Below are positions 35,601 through 47,708 of a stretch of DNA of 64,000 bases, piece after piece. This DNA is from Azolla caroliniana (Eukaryota > Plantae > Polypodiophyta): contig JBHGNT010000008.1 in NCBI GenBank assembly GCA_043228905.1, forward strand, positions 6,386,001 through 6,450,000, in the 5' to 3' direction. Position numbers and translations under genes: made by a program. Numbering within the stretch: position 1 is the first letter of the stretch; every line of letters starts with the position of its first letter. The notes beneath the pieces are model-generated. The model worked only from the letters and a program-made list of their open reading frames with translations, did not search any database and was not told the DNA's origin.

Positions 35601-38272
35601 TCCGTGGTCCCTAAATTCACCTCTTCCAGTTGCGATGCTTTTATGCGCTGTGAAACGGCCATTTCCCGTTCCAACGCTTCCTGCGCTTACCGTAACTCCC
35701 GGATTGCGTCTTTATCCGGTTCTACTTCAACCTCTTCCGGTTGCGGTAAGTATGGTGCTACTGCTTCGGCAATGTCAATTTCAAAGAGGGGTATGATCTT
35801 CGGGTTTTTCTGCAGGTACTGAGCTTCTTCTTCGTCCGCTAACCCTTCTAGCATGTTGACGCATTCCGCATACAACGATGTACATTCCTTGCCAGTGCTC
35901 GTCCTTGGCTGTGTTGGTACCCGTACCTTGGCTTTTCCTTGCCGGAAGGTAATTATATTCTTTCGCCAATTCTGTTTGATATGTGCCGTTTTCAACCATG
36001 GCCGCCCCAGCAATAGCGGGTATGCACCTTGTGCCTGTAATTGTAGAACTACGGCCGAGATGTGAAATGTATGACCGCCGACGGTGACTTCTAATTTCCG
36101 TATTAATCCTGTCGGCCGCACTGAGCTTGTATCGGCCATCCGTAACCAGAACGGACACGGCTCCCACTCGTGGATTCCTAGGTCATCACACGTTCGAAGG
36201 CTTATTACATTCACCCCAGAGCCTCCGTCTATAACTGTGCCGGGGAGTTCTTTCCCTTTTACAATGGCAGTGATTACCGGACTGCTGGTGTCCACCACCG
36301 TTGGTCCCTCCTCCGGATTCGAGAAGAGTACCGGTGCCGGTGATGGTTCTCTTGCCGTCATGGCCGTCTTCAGTCCTTCCGTGAATCTTGGCACGAGTTG
36401 TAGGAGTCTTCCTAGTGGTAACGTAATCTGGCATTCTTGCAACACCTGCCATGTCTCGTTCTCGGAGTGATTACCGCCGGCAAGCCCTGCGGTGTTCTCC
36501 TTTTGCCGCTGTAAGTCTGTGACATTCTGCTCGTTTGCTTTCTTTACCCATTCCGTTGCTTGTTTCCGGATGGTCTCCTGTGTCTCCCATTCTTTGGCCA
36601 TGCCCTTTGACCTTGTGGTCACTTGCTGCAGATCTGCCACCTCAGGGACTACCATATTTACCGTTGGTCGTTTTTCATAGCTCTTCACCGGGCATTGGTT
36701 ACTATAATGGCCTTCCTGTCGGCAGTAGTAGCAGTAGGCCTTCCGGTTATTGCTAGATTCGGCATTGTCTGTTGTACCCGGGGCAGGTCCTGCGGTACGC
36801 GCGGGGTTTTGTACCGGTTGGCTGCTTGGAGTTCCTTGTTCCGGATCCCGGGGGTAGCCGCCTTTTTTGAAATTTCGTTTTTTGTTATAGCTCTTCTTAT
36901 TACGGTACTCTTGACGAGGTTGCCCGTTATATCTGCCGTATTCCTCCCGTTGCTGACGATACCCGGGGGAGTGCTCCCGGTCGTAATGTTCGTATCGTCT
37001 ATTGTAATGCTGGTACCGATCATGCCGATCATAGTTATCCCGCCTATTACCGTACTGGACCTCATTTTCCCGTCGATCGCCATACCAGACATCATTTTCC
37101 CGTTGCTCGCCATACCGGACATCCTGTGCCGGTCGGTCACGGTCCATTCACCACCAGCGTTCGTCTTCTTCATCCCGGCTGCTGCGTGGCTCAATTTGTC
37201 GGACGGGCGGTGCTTGCCGGTTCAACAGATTATACTCGCACCTATCCGTCGTATGGCTCTTGGATTGACAGATTACACATTGCGTCCTCATAGTGCATTC
37301 TAGAGCCGAGTGTCCGAAATTCAAGCAGGTTGTGCACTGTATTGCTTGCCGAAACCGGAGGTCTTCATCGGACGGTAACGCCCGTTGAAGTGCTCCCAGT
37401 GTGAGCCAGGAGCTTGTCTTTTCCATCTCTCTCACTCGGTCAATGACCTGGTCGATGGTACTTGTGCGGATGTCGATTACCGTGCAAACCGTGCGTAGGG
37501 GTTCCCGGAGAGCGTTTAGGAATATAATCCGTAATTCCTCTTCCGGGGGTGCACGGGCAAGCTGACTATGCATCCGTTGAAACCGGATGACAAATTGGGG
37601 AATGCTCTCCCCTGCCTCTTGCCGGATGGTATAAAATAAGCCTACCATGATGGTCTGGTCCACCTCCTTTTGAAAAAAATGCAAGAATTTAGCTTTTAAA
37701 TCTGCAAAGGTGTTGATGGTAGACGGGTCCTGCGTCCGGCGCCATCTTGCTGCCGGTCCCTCCAATGTGACGCCAAACTCTGTTATCTTAGAGCATTCTT
37801 CTTCCTCCGGGGTCAATCGCTGGGACACATGGTTGGCTTCCCATGTTTGTTCAAAGGCGTGCACATGAGCTTCTGCGTCCGGATCATCTCTATACTTGGA
37901 GTACTGGAACGGCATGTCGTCGTTCGGTATCGGTGCGCGGGCTGGTAGTGTTGGTGCTCGTTCCGGAATTTTCTCCGGCGTTGGTGGTCTTTCCCGATTT
38001 GGTTCCGGCGTCGATGTTTTTTCCTCTTCCTTTGGTGACGGAGGCTTCTCCTCTTCGACTTCCGGTGTCGGAGGTCGCTCTTCCTCTGCTGGTTCCGGGG
38101 GTTCCAGCGTTAGCACTTTCGGTTCCGGTGTCGGTAAGGTATCCGATCCTTCGTCCTCCGGTTCGCCCGGGGTTTCGTTGCTGCTACGGTAGTTCGTGTG
38201 CACGCTGTATTCCCCTTCGGAGTCCGATTCATATGCTGAAAAGGCTTCTGCTTCGCCTTCTCCGTTTGCCAA
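32687..38272 (-). pseudogene. Single gag-pol of the 29-39 kb gypsy, interrupted by in-frame stops
   Basis: ORFs 37148-38272, 35687-37147, 34055-35674 and 33266-33994 are in one frame. Gag with several Zn knuckles, IDGGSG protease, RT (FLDD), RNase H (DASD) and integrase. No additional archaeal-type RNase H is apparent. Confidence 0.9.
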
Positions 38273-41200
38273 CGCGTGGAGAAGGGATTCGGTTTCCCGG
38301 AGGCTGCTTAGGCTGCTGCCGTCGTCCGGGTGCGATGTTTGCTGTAACCAGAGGGAGTCCTCCGCTACTCTCCGGATTACGTTGGAAAACGAGCGATCCG
38401 CTCTAATTTCCTGCGCCGCTTTTTGGAAAGCCTCGCGTCTCCTTTGCCTTTCGGCAAGGCGTCAAGTTCGATCTGTAACCAGGTCGTGCGTTGATCTAGA
38501 CATCCATCCGTGCTGTCGTTCGCTGCAAAAACAGGAATCGTGGTCGCCAAAAACTGTGTTAACTCTTCGGGCCGGACAATGGCCTAACACAGGGTGTCTA
38601 CGGGAGACACTTCACTAAAGGGTGTTACGGCAACCGGATTAGACTTCAACGCTTAATCCGACTTAATTAAGTTACTTATTAGGATTGTCTTCCATAACAC
38701 GCGTAAGATATAACAATTAAGACAGAACGGCAATTAACATAGAGAGATATCAACGCTTAAGCTTTCATTAATTAACCGCTAACTATTACATTGTATCCGG
38801 GCCTTTAAATAGGTTTCCGGTCTGTATTACAAAACGGTGCCATCTGCACCTGTTCGGGATCGGTCCGGATCCGGAACGGCATACCGTTTCCGGTCCGTCC
38901 GTCCACACTCATAGCTTAATTACAACCACATTTGTACTACTTAATTAACTCTCCGTTTCCCACTCTAGACTCCTTTGCCGGCCGGTAACAGAGATGCCTT
39001 TTGACGAAATGATGTACCCAAGAAATTCCACTTGGTTGCACCTGAAACTACATTTTTCCAGCTTTGCATACAGACCATGTTCTCGAAGTCGTTTTAGTAC
39101 TAATAGTACATGAGAATCATGTTCTTCTTGGGTCTTTGAATAAACCAGTAGATCATCCAAATAGATGATCAAACAATCATCCAATAGATCTCGGAATATA
39201 TCATTAGCCATGTGCTGGAAGACTGCGGGTGCATTGGTGAGGCCGAACGGCATGACCGTATACTCGAAGTGCCCATATCTGGTGCGAAACGCGGTCTTCC
39301 ATTCGTCTCCTGGTCGGATCCGTACGAGGTTATATGCTCCCCGTAAGTCGATCTTCGTGAAGAACCTGGCACCATTGATCCGTTCTAAAAGACTTGAGAT
39401 AAGGGGAAGAGCATACCTATTCCTGATTGTAACCTTATTCAGGCCATGGTAATCTACAACGAGACGAAGCGATCCATCCTTTTTCTTGATGAAGAAAATG
39501 GGTGCGCCAGCTGGAGATTTCGAATGCCGAATGAAACCATTTTCCAAATTCTCCTCTATATAGGCACGAAGGACATCCAGCTCGGTTGGTGACAAATTGT
39601 AGATCGGTCCCCATGGTGGCTCTTTTTCCGGTTGTAAATCGATGGGGCAATCGTACGGTTGATGATGAGGAAGTGTGTTGGCTTGTACTTTATCGAACAC
39701 ATCGACGTAATGACGATACTTCTCGGGAAGTTGAACGGTGGATTCTTCTTTAGTGGTGCTGGAGGGGTTTACTGATATTGCAAAGAGGAACATTTCTTCC
39801 TTGCGCCCTTCTTTACACAACCGACATAGCGAAATGGTTGCCATCTTCTGAGTTGACCCTTGGGTTTGTCGACACCGGATTTCTCTTGTTCTCCAATCTA
39901 TGTCTGGGTTATGGAACTCGAACCACGGTAATCCTAAAACTATGGGATGTTCTGGGATACTAATAATATTAAATGATACTACACATGCTAAGTTATCTAG
40001 GACAATATTAATGGGCTCTAACTCTTCTATGATATTTCCGGAAGCAATGGGACGTCCATGAATGACTACTACAGAGGCTGGACACTGGAGTTTTCTTAGG
40101 GATATCTTATGAGCTTGAGCAAATTTCCTATCCATAAAGCAAGAGTTAGCTCCGGAATCTAGGAGTGCTAGGACATGTACTGGAGGGGTACTTTTAGTAC
40201 TAACTATTACTTGGGCTACGAACACATCACTAACTTGCTTAGAGGGAATGGAACCACTAATGGGCTGCAAAGATCTAGGGCTGTCCAACCAAACGGCTCC
40301 TATTTTGGCTGGACTTAGTCGTTTAACTCTTCTTCTAATTGACGAAGGACATCAAATCTGTTCGCTAGATCTGGGCTATTAGTACTATTAGGACTATCAG
40401 ATATCCCTACTGAAATAGGCTCGGGTTTAGTACAATTAGAACTAGCGACTATTTGGTTTACCTGTCTTCTTGGCCTATGGGGGAAATTTATTGCAATATG
40501 TCCTGGTCAACCGTAGTAAAGACATAGTCGATTTGTACGGCGTCGCTGCTTTTCTTCTTCGGATAATGGCCCTCGATGACGTGTAGTGTCAATCTCCATC
40601 GGAGTCGGAGTATTCGCTGAAGGCGCATTATATGACTCCCTCGGAAAAGGTCTTGATACCACTGAGGCGTAGGTGGGCTCTGATCTTGCCCTCGGCATTT
40701 GTAGTTGTTGTTCCGAACGTCGCTCAAAGAGGCGGTTGTCACATCTCACCGCGCGACTGATTGCTTCTGTTAAGGACTTTGGCTCTTCGGGGAAGGTCAA
40801 GAGTAAATCCTTGACGTCGTTGCGTAAACCATAACGGAATTGCTCCATCAACGCTTGATCATCCCAAGGGATATCGGCGGCGAGTAGGCGAAAATCTGCA
40901 GCGTATGCAGAGGCTGGACGATCACCCTAGCGTAATCGCCGAATTTTGTTGATTGCGGTCCTGATGTTGTCAGTATCTCTGAAACATGCTTTAAACTCAC
41001 CTAGAAACTCTTCAAAATTGTTGAGTAACGAAGATTCCTTTTCTAATAGTGGAGTGAACCATGCCAACACTGAGCCACTTAACAAAGTGCCTACTAAACC
41101 CACTCGTGATGCATCGGTGGGATATCGGGAAGGATGCATTTGAATAACTAATCGTACCTGGTTAAGGAACCCTCTAAACTTCGATCGCGTTCCATCAAAC

Positions 41201-41638
41201 TTTGTGGGAAGGCCAATCTTGGGTTCTTTATGAATCCCTTGTGTTCCGGGCCCTTGTTGTTGCATCGCTACGATGGTGGCTTCGAGTTGTTGCACACGTA
41301 ATGCAAGTTCCCCATGCTATTGTTGCGTTTGCTGCTTTTCTAAGGAGATTTGCTGAAGATCCCCTAGCAACCGTTGGTTTTCTTGTTCCAAAGCATGGAA
41401 CTTCTCTTTCAAGCATTGAAATTCCGAAAAAACAGATTGATATTCTTCAGCGCTAACAGTGGCCATGGGATGAAAGAAAAGAGGAATAAGAGATTAGTAG
41501 GAAATGAGAGAGACAGAAGGTAGGAAAATCGGTTCAAACTGTCAGGAACAGTACTAAGACAGAGAAGGGATTAGTACTAAAAGAAGTATTAGTACTAAGA
41601 GAGGTGAAGGACTCTCGAGAGAAGGAAAGAGTGAGTGA

Positions 41639-41669
<31 letters not shown>

Positions 41670-41979
41670 TGATGATAAGAAAAGATATATATTATGTGAG
41701 GAAAATGTACAGTAGCTAGGAGGCTTAAGACTGGCGTTGAACCGATTTGGTTCAAAATAATGCCTTGTGCCTCCTTTGATAGTGTTCTAAGGAATACTCC
41801 TGAAGTTTCTAGAATGTTCCAGAGAAATCTGGAATATACATCAATTTTCTATAAAAAACATAAATGAAAATAATATTCTACGTATTACAATGTATAGTCT
41901 AATGGTCAAGAGCTCGACCCATGTAGCATAAGGTCATGGGTTCGAGGCTTGCCATATCATGACACTCCATATCATGACA

Positions 41980-43529
41980 ACTGGAAAGCTTAGAGGAGGC
42001 TAAGAATGATACCCACAACAGAACGTGGTTAAGTGCCATGCAAGAAGAGATGGATTCCTTGCTTGAGAACCACACATACAAATTGACTGAGTTGCCGAAA
42101 GGGAAGAGGGCACTACAGAATAAGTGGGTATACAAGGTGAAACTAGGATATGGTGAGAATCCACCTAGGTACAAAGCACGAATTGTCGTGAAAGGCTTTC
42201 AACAAAAGAAGGGTGTAGATTTCAATGAAATATTTGCCCTAGCAGTGAAGATGATGTCAATCCGAACAATGTTAAAGCATAACGGCTAGCATGGATCTCG
42301 AAGTCGAGCAAATGGATGTCAAGACTACCTTCTTTCATGGAGATTTGGAGGAAGAGATATATATGCACCAGTAAGGATTCGAAGAAAAAGGTAAAGAAAA
42401 CCTAGTACGTGATTGAGAAAGAGCATGTATGGGTTGAAGTAGGCACCTCAGCAATGGTACCAAAAGTTTGAATCTTTCATGGTGGATCATGGTTTCGGCA
42501 ATACACAAGCTGATCATCTTGTCTTTGTCAAGAAGTATGATGGAGGAGATTTTCTCATCCTCCTGTTGTATGTTGATGACATGCTGATTGTCGGAGAGGA
42601 TCCGAAGAAAATCAAAAGTTTGAAGAAGGCCTTTAGTAGGTCGTTCTCGATGAAAGATATGGGTCCGACAAAACAAATCCTAGGAATGCACATTGTACGG
42701 GATCGAACAAAGAAATTATTATGGTTGTCACAGGAGAAGTATGTGACAAAAGTGCTCTAAAGATTTGGCATGGAAAGCACAAAACTGGTCGGCTCAACAC
42801 TATCAAATAATTGCAAACTAAGTAAAGACCAATGTCCGAAATCGAAAAACGAGAAGGTCGAGATGTCGAAAGTTCCTTATGCCTCGGTAGGTGGAAGCCT
42901 AATGTATGCAATGGTTTGCACTAGACCAGACATTGGTTATGTAGTCGGAGTCATTCCCGGAAGAGAGCATTGGGAAACGATCAAGTGGATACTTCGGTAC
43001 CTAAGAGGCACCTTGAACATGTGTCTCCGATTTGGCTCGGGTAACCCCACACTAGAAGGTTATATTGATTCAGACATGTTGGCTGATGTGGATACTAGCC
43101 GATCCACGTCCGGGTACGTGATGACTTATGCAGGGGGAGCCGTTTTGTGGCAGTCGAGGCTGCAAAAGGCCGTGGCATTGTCGACCACGGAAGCCGAGTA
43201 CATGGCTGCAGTGGAAGCCGATAAGGAAATAATTTGGATGAAGGAATTTATCGGAGAGTTGGGAATTCGAACAAGAGGAATTCTGACTCCATTGTGATAA
43301 CCAGAGTGCCATCCACCTTGCGAAAAATGCCGCCTACCACTCTAGGACCAACCACATCCAAAGAAGATACCATTGGCTCTGAGAGCGAGTAGAAGAGAAG
43401 GAATTTGCTCTAGTGAAGGTGCGTACAACAGAGAACGGGTCGGACATGCTAATGAAGGTGCTGTCGACCGAAAAGCTGAATGAGTACCGACAGAGGGTCA
43501 GATTGGTGAAGTACCCCGTGCTAGAGTGA
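41980..43529 (+). pseudogene. Copia A RT-RNase H (decayed)
   Basis: YKARIVVKGF, LLLYVDDMLI, TRPDI, SRSTSGY, ALSTTEAEY motifs with frameshifts and stops. Confidence 0.92.
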
Positions 43530-43539
43530 AGGGGGCGTT

Positions 43540-44440
43540 TTTTGGGAAAACAGGTCCCTCCGGATGGGAAGAAAAGAACGAACCGAATCAGAGACACATG
43601 GGTAATTTGGCCGAGGCCGAAATCGAGAATCGAGAATCCATTTAATAACCAATTCGGGAGACTATATTTGTAAATAGTCTAGATGTGCCCATTGAGGCTA
43701 TATTTGTAAATAGTCTGCTATGTATATGGGTATATATACACTTAGGGCAAGTAGTTAAAAGTGAGTAGTGTAGTTGAGTCATTGTTGCATAGTTACACAT
43801 AAGGTAGTTGCCTTTGTAACTGTGAGTGAGTGAGAGTTAGCTAGTAACTCTACGGCCGTTGTTAATGGGTGGGGGGTAAAGCCATTCTCCCAAGCGGATT
43901 ACAATAGAGAGAGCTAAGGAGAGTGAGAATACAAGATGACACCAAAAATGAGGGGAAAAAACTATATTCCTTATGTGCCCCCATAATGGGTTTTTATAGT
44001 ACATAATGTAACGGTAAATAATATGTCCGTTACAAAAAGAGACTGTCACATTCTTGTCACATGCACATAATTGTGCATGTGCTCACACATACTCATCCTC
44101 ACACTCATATATATTACACATACCGAACAACTCCTTTAACGTGTTTTACCCTTATACCGCCCCGTACAACTCCTACGGGTAATAGCCGTTAGTCTGACGA
44201 AGGAGAGCTTAAGGTTGTTGCCTTGAAGCTTCTCATTGTACTCCTCATTATAGCGATCTAGTTCGGATTTTGAGGACTCCTGTGGGTTTTTCCCTTTCGG
44301 GTTTTCCACGTAAATATCTGTGTCTCGTTTATGAGTTTCTTCCGTTTTCTGTTCTTTCTTGTCAGTTCATTACCTTGCTCGTTTTCTTTGCACCCGAACA
44401 AGCGAATACGACAAGTGAAGCCGGTTGTGGCCGGTTAAAG
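43540..44440 (+). mobile_element. Copia A-family 3' LTR, containing a solo LTR
   Basis: Follows PPT AGAGTGAAGGGGG and aligns with 11155-11757. The right end is fuzzy and no matching TSD is seen. Confidence 0.8.
43860..44184 (-). mobile_element. Solo LTR
   Basis: TG...TA termini (degenerate CA), TSD GCCGT on both sides. Absent from the homologous 5' LTR. Confidence 0.85.
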
Positions 44441-44626
44441 AGGCAACACAAATGTATAGGTGTAGAGTTCGAATCTTTTACATCATGGTGTAGATTAAGG
44501 AGCATTATTTCTTTTCCTCCTTCGTTCTTGGTTTTTGGGGTAGTCTTCGGCATTTTGGGAGCTCGGGAGTGTTCGTCATTTGTCTTAGTAAAGAATCGAT
44601 GATGATTTTGTGCATCGGAAGAGATA

Positions 44627-44661
<35 letters not shown>

Positions 44662-44681
44662 TAGATAGATTATATTATCGT

Positions 44682-45334
44682 CATATTCTCCATGTGTGAT
44701 ATTCTCAATATTTGAGAATACAAAATGGCCCTAAGAATATTTAAAAACCATTCGTTTTGTAAAATAAATATACAACAAATTAATTAATTAATTAATTTAA
44801 AAATAAATAAATTTAATTCACTAAAAAAGAGAACAATTATTCATTAATAAATTATAAAAATATGATTAGTATAAACTCTCCTTTCTAGTGTCAAATAAAA
44901 AAAGAGGAGAGTTTATGAACCTTTATTTTATTTAAATAATTGATTTTTTTATTTAAAAAAAACGAATATTTTTATATTTACTATAAAAACATGATTAATG
45001 TGAAGTCTCAAATTTACTGTCAGGAAAAAATATCCATAAATTTTGGGAAAAGAAAAGGTGAAGAATTAATGAACCTTTATTTTATTTTATTTATTTAGTA
45101 AAGAATCAAGATCTCCAATGGAAATTTATTACTGTCAAGTCTCTCTCAACTCTCTATTTTATTATCCCCTTTTTATTGTCAAGTCCCCCTTTTTATCCTA
45201 AGAAACTAAAAGGAGGGAGTTCATCTCCTTTTCTTTCCTTTTTTTTTTATAACGAATACTTGACCACATGAATGTATGCGTATTCGTTTGCATTCGAATG
45301 GAAAATCCCACGAATGCGAATATGTCAATCTATG
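44682..45334. mobile_element. AT-rich non-autonomous DNA transposon (hAT-like MITE)
   Basis: Absent from the homologous site at 61.6 kb. CATA...TATG ends. 8-bp near-TSD ATTATCGT/ATTATTGT. Confidence 0.6.
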
Positions 45335-47708
45335 ATTATTGTCTTCGGAGGTCAAATATGACCTATGAGACCAAAAATATTACATTTCACGTGATACGTG
45401 TGAAGGTGAGTAGCGACTCTCGATGTTCAAGAACTTTATCAATGAATGCTGCAATCGAGAGTGCACATCGTGGTTGTGAGAGAAATTCATGCAAGGATTG
45501 GGCTCGATTGAAGAGATGTGGAAAACATGGTCGAATATGATCAAAGGTAGAGCATTGTATCAAAGTGTGATACTCAGACTCTCGAAAGTGTGCATAGTTG
45601 GCCACTCTCATCACTTGTGCCCCAACGCCCCGTCTCACATCTCAATGCGTGCGAACTAAGTCGCATAGAAGCAATGGTTCGAATGGTAGATCTCGGGATG
45701 GGCTCTAACACGTATCGATGTGTACGGCTTCCCTGTTCTGTGAAGAATATGGTTTTGTAGTTAGGTGCAACATTTGTAGTATAATGTGTGAAGCGTGAGC
45801 CACCACATTTGTCCCATGTCATGATACATTGGCGTTGCAAAAAGGCCTCATTTACAGAGGAATCTAGTGACACATCATGAAACAAGTGTCTTGCATCCCA
45901 TCTACCAAACCATTTTTCTAAATGTTGCATCCAACCGGAACACAAAATTTTGCTTTTATATGTCTTTTGGATCTTTTTGCTTGCTTCCCATGCAATTCTA
46001 GGAAGTCGATGTGAGGGGCTTTTTTGAACCTTAAGCATGTATTCAACAACCCTTTCCATGGCCATGATCTCAATGGGAAGCGATCCCGTCTCAAGGAGGA
46101 GGAGGGTGTAGGGTGTTTGTTTCTTAACTTGTAGAAACTTTGTAAGAAAATGTTTTTGGACATTTTCAAACTCTTTCCACATAGATTTAGGGATGCTATC
46201 ACCCCATACTTCCACCCCATAGAGAAGAACCGGGGTCACCAAAGTGTCAAAAAGATATTTCTTGAGGACCCAACACTTAATATCTCCAAGATTGCATGTG
46301 TTCTCAAATGCATAATATGCTCACTTACCCGCCTCTAAGCGGCATGTAGCACATTCATTCCATTTATGATTTGAAGGAACTTTAAGGCCAAGATATTTGA
46401 AGCTTTCCACACATTCAAGTGGCTCATTGTTGTACATAATGCATGGTTTATCTCTTTTTTGACTCTTCACAAGCATAATATTTGTTTTAGAGATATTGCA
46501 CTTAATCTAGTATACATGCAAATTTTTTCCAATGCCTTCATAAACTTTTGTGCATCTCCTGAAGTATTTGCAAAAAGCACTACATTATCCACATATAACA
46601 AAAGCATAATCACAATATTCCCAAGGGCAACTTCTTTAACACATTCTTCCTTTACAAACTTGGTAACCATTTCTTCTAATTCATCAATGCATAGACCAAA
46701 TAATGTTGGTGAGAGTGGGCATCCTTGCTTAACACCAATAGTGCTATTGAAAAAATCTGAAAGTCTATCTCTTATACGCACACAACATATAACCTTCTCA
46801 TATATTCGGGAAATTGCAAGCATATATTCACTTGGCACCTCCATTTCTTCCATCTGCCTCCAAAGATGCTCACGAGGTTGCATATCAAAAGCTTTCTTTA
46901 AGTCTACAAAGCAACAATATAAACCTTTACCTCTAAGGCGACTTTCCTCCATTAATACTCGAAGAGTGACAAGATGATCAATGGTGCTATGGTGTTTTCG
47001 AAAACCAGCTTGTCCATAAGCTCTCTTACCATTTTTTCAGCCCATTTACTTGTCTTTGATTCCATTATACATCCAAATAGTTTTGCCATTAATGAGCCAA
47101 CCATGATGGTTCGATAGTTGTTTACATTATCACATCTCTGCCTTTATGTAAAGGTTTGATCTAATTTGTAATCCAATCATATGGCATACCATGTTGCAAT
47201 GCATCATTAAATATATCGCATATCCATATATGTGCTTCCTTTTCCGTCCATTTGAGCATTTAAGCTTTTATATATTGAAGATTGCTTGCCTTTCGAGAGG
47301 CCAATTTCTTAAGTCCTATGCATATATCTTCAATTGTAAAGAAGGGAGACATATGTGAAAGAGAACCATAACTCATCATCATTCCGGCAAGAGATAACTC
47401 ATATAAATTCTTAGAATGCATTGACAAGTCATGCAGAGTTAAGTCACCATAACTCTCAACACGTTTCCCCTTTAGATTTCCCCAAAATTTAGCACATGCA
47501 TGCACATTCTCTTGTGTTTGGAGAAGTTGTTGAGTAACTTCCCATATTCGTCTCTTTCTTTGAATAAGCCTTTTATAGTCGTGTAAATGCTTTTGGTAAT
47601 TTTCTTTATCCATAACTACATCCAAAACTATAAGGCACTTTCGAGCTTCATGACATTCTTTATCAAACCATTTTTTCTTACATTTCTTGGTGCATTTCCA
47701 TGATGTGC

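Larger units (their letters stand above)
29090..38990 (-). mobile_element. Full-length non-chromovirus Ty3/gypsy (Athila/Tat-related) with an extra 3' ORF
   Basis: 434-bp LTRs 29090-29523 and 38557-38990 with few differences. TSD GAGAT. PBS TGGCGACCACG (tRNA-Arg-like) about 7 nt from the LTR. Confidence 0.95.
27893..41979 (-). mobile_element. Chromovirus copy 2 (same family as 11855-17643), split by the 29090-38990 insertion and 3'-truncated
   Basis: 5' LTR 41540 to about 41964/41979. Gag with stops (about 40310-41467), PR-RT 38991-40288, RT-RH-IN 27893-29089. Proteins closely similar to copy 1. Confidence 0.92.

Noticed and set aside
31402-38618. Long plus-strand ORFs antisense to the gypsy genes
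   Set aside because: Shadow frames of GC-rich coding sequence.
41951-41979. Duplicated LTR tip CCATATCATGACA
   Set aside because: Small local duplication at the insertion edge. It only makes the boundary ambiguous.
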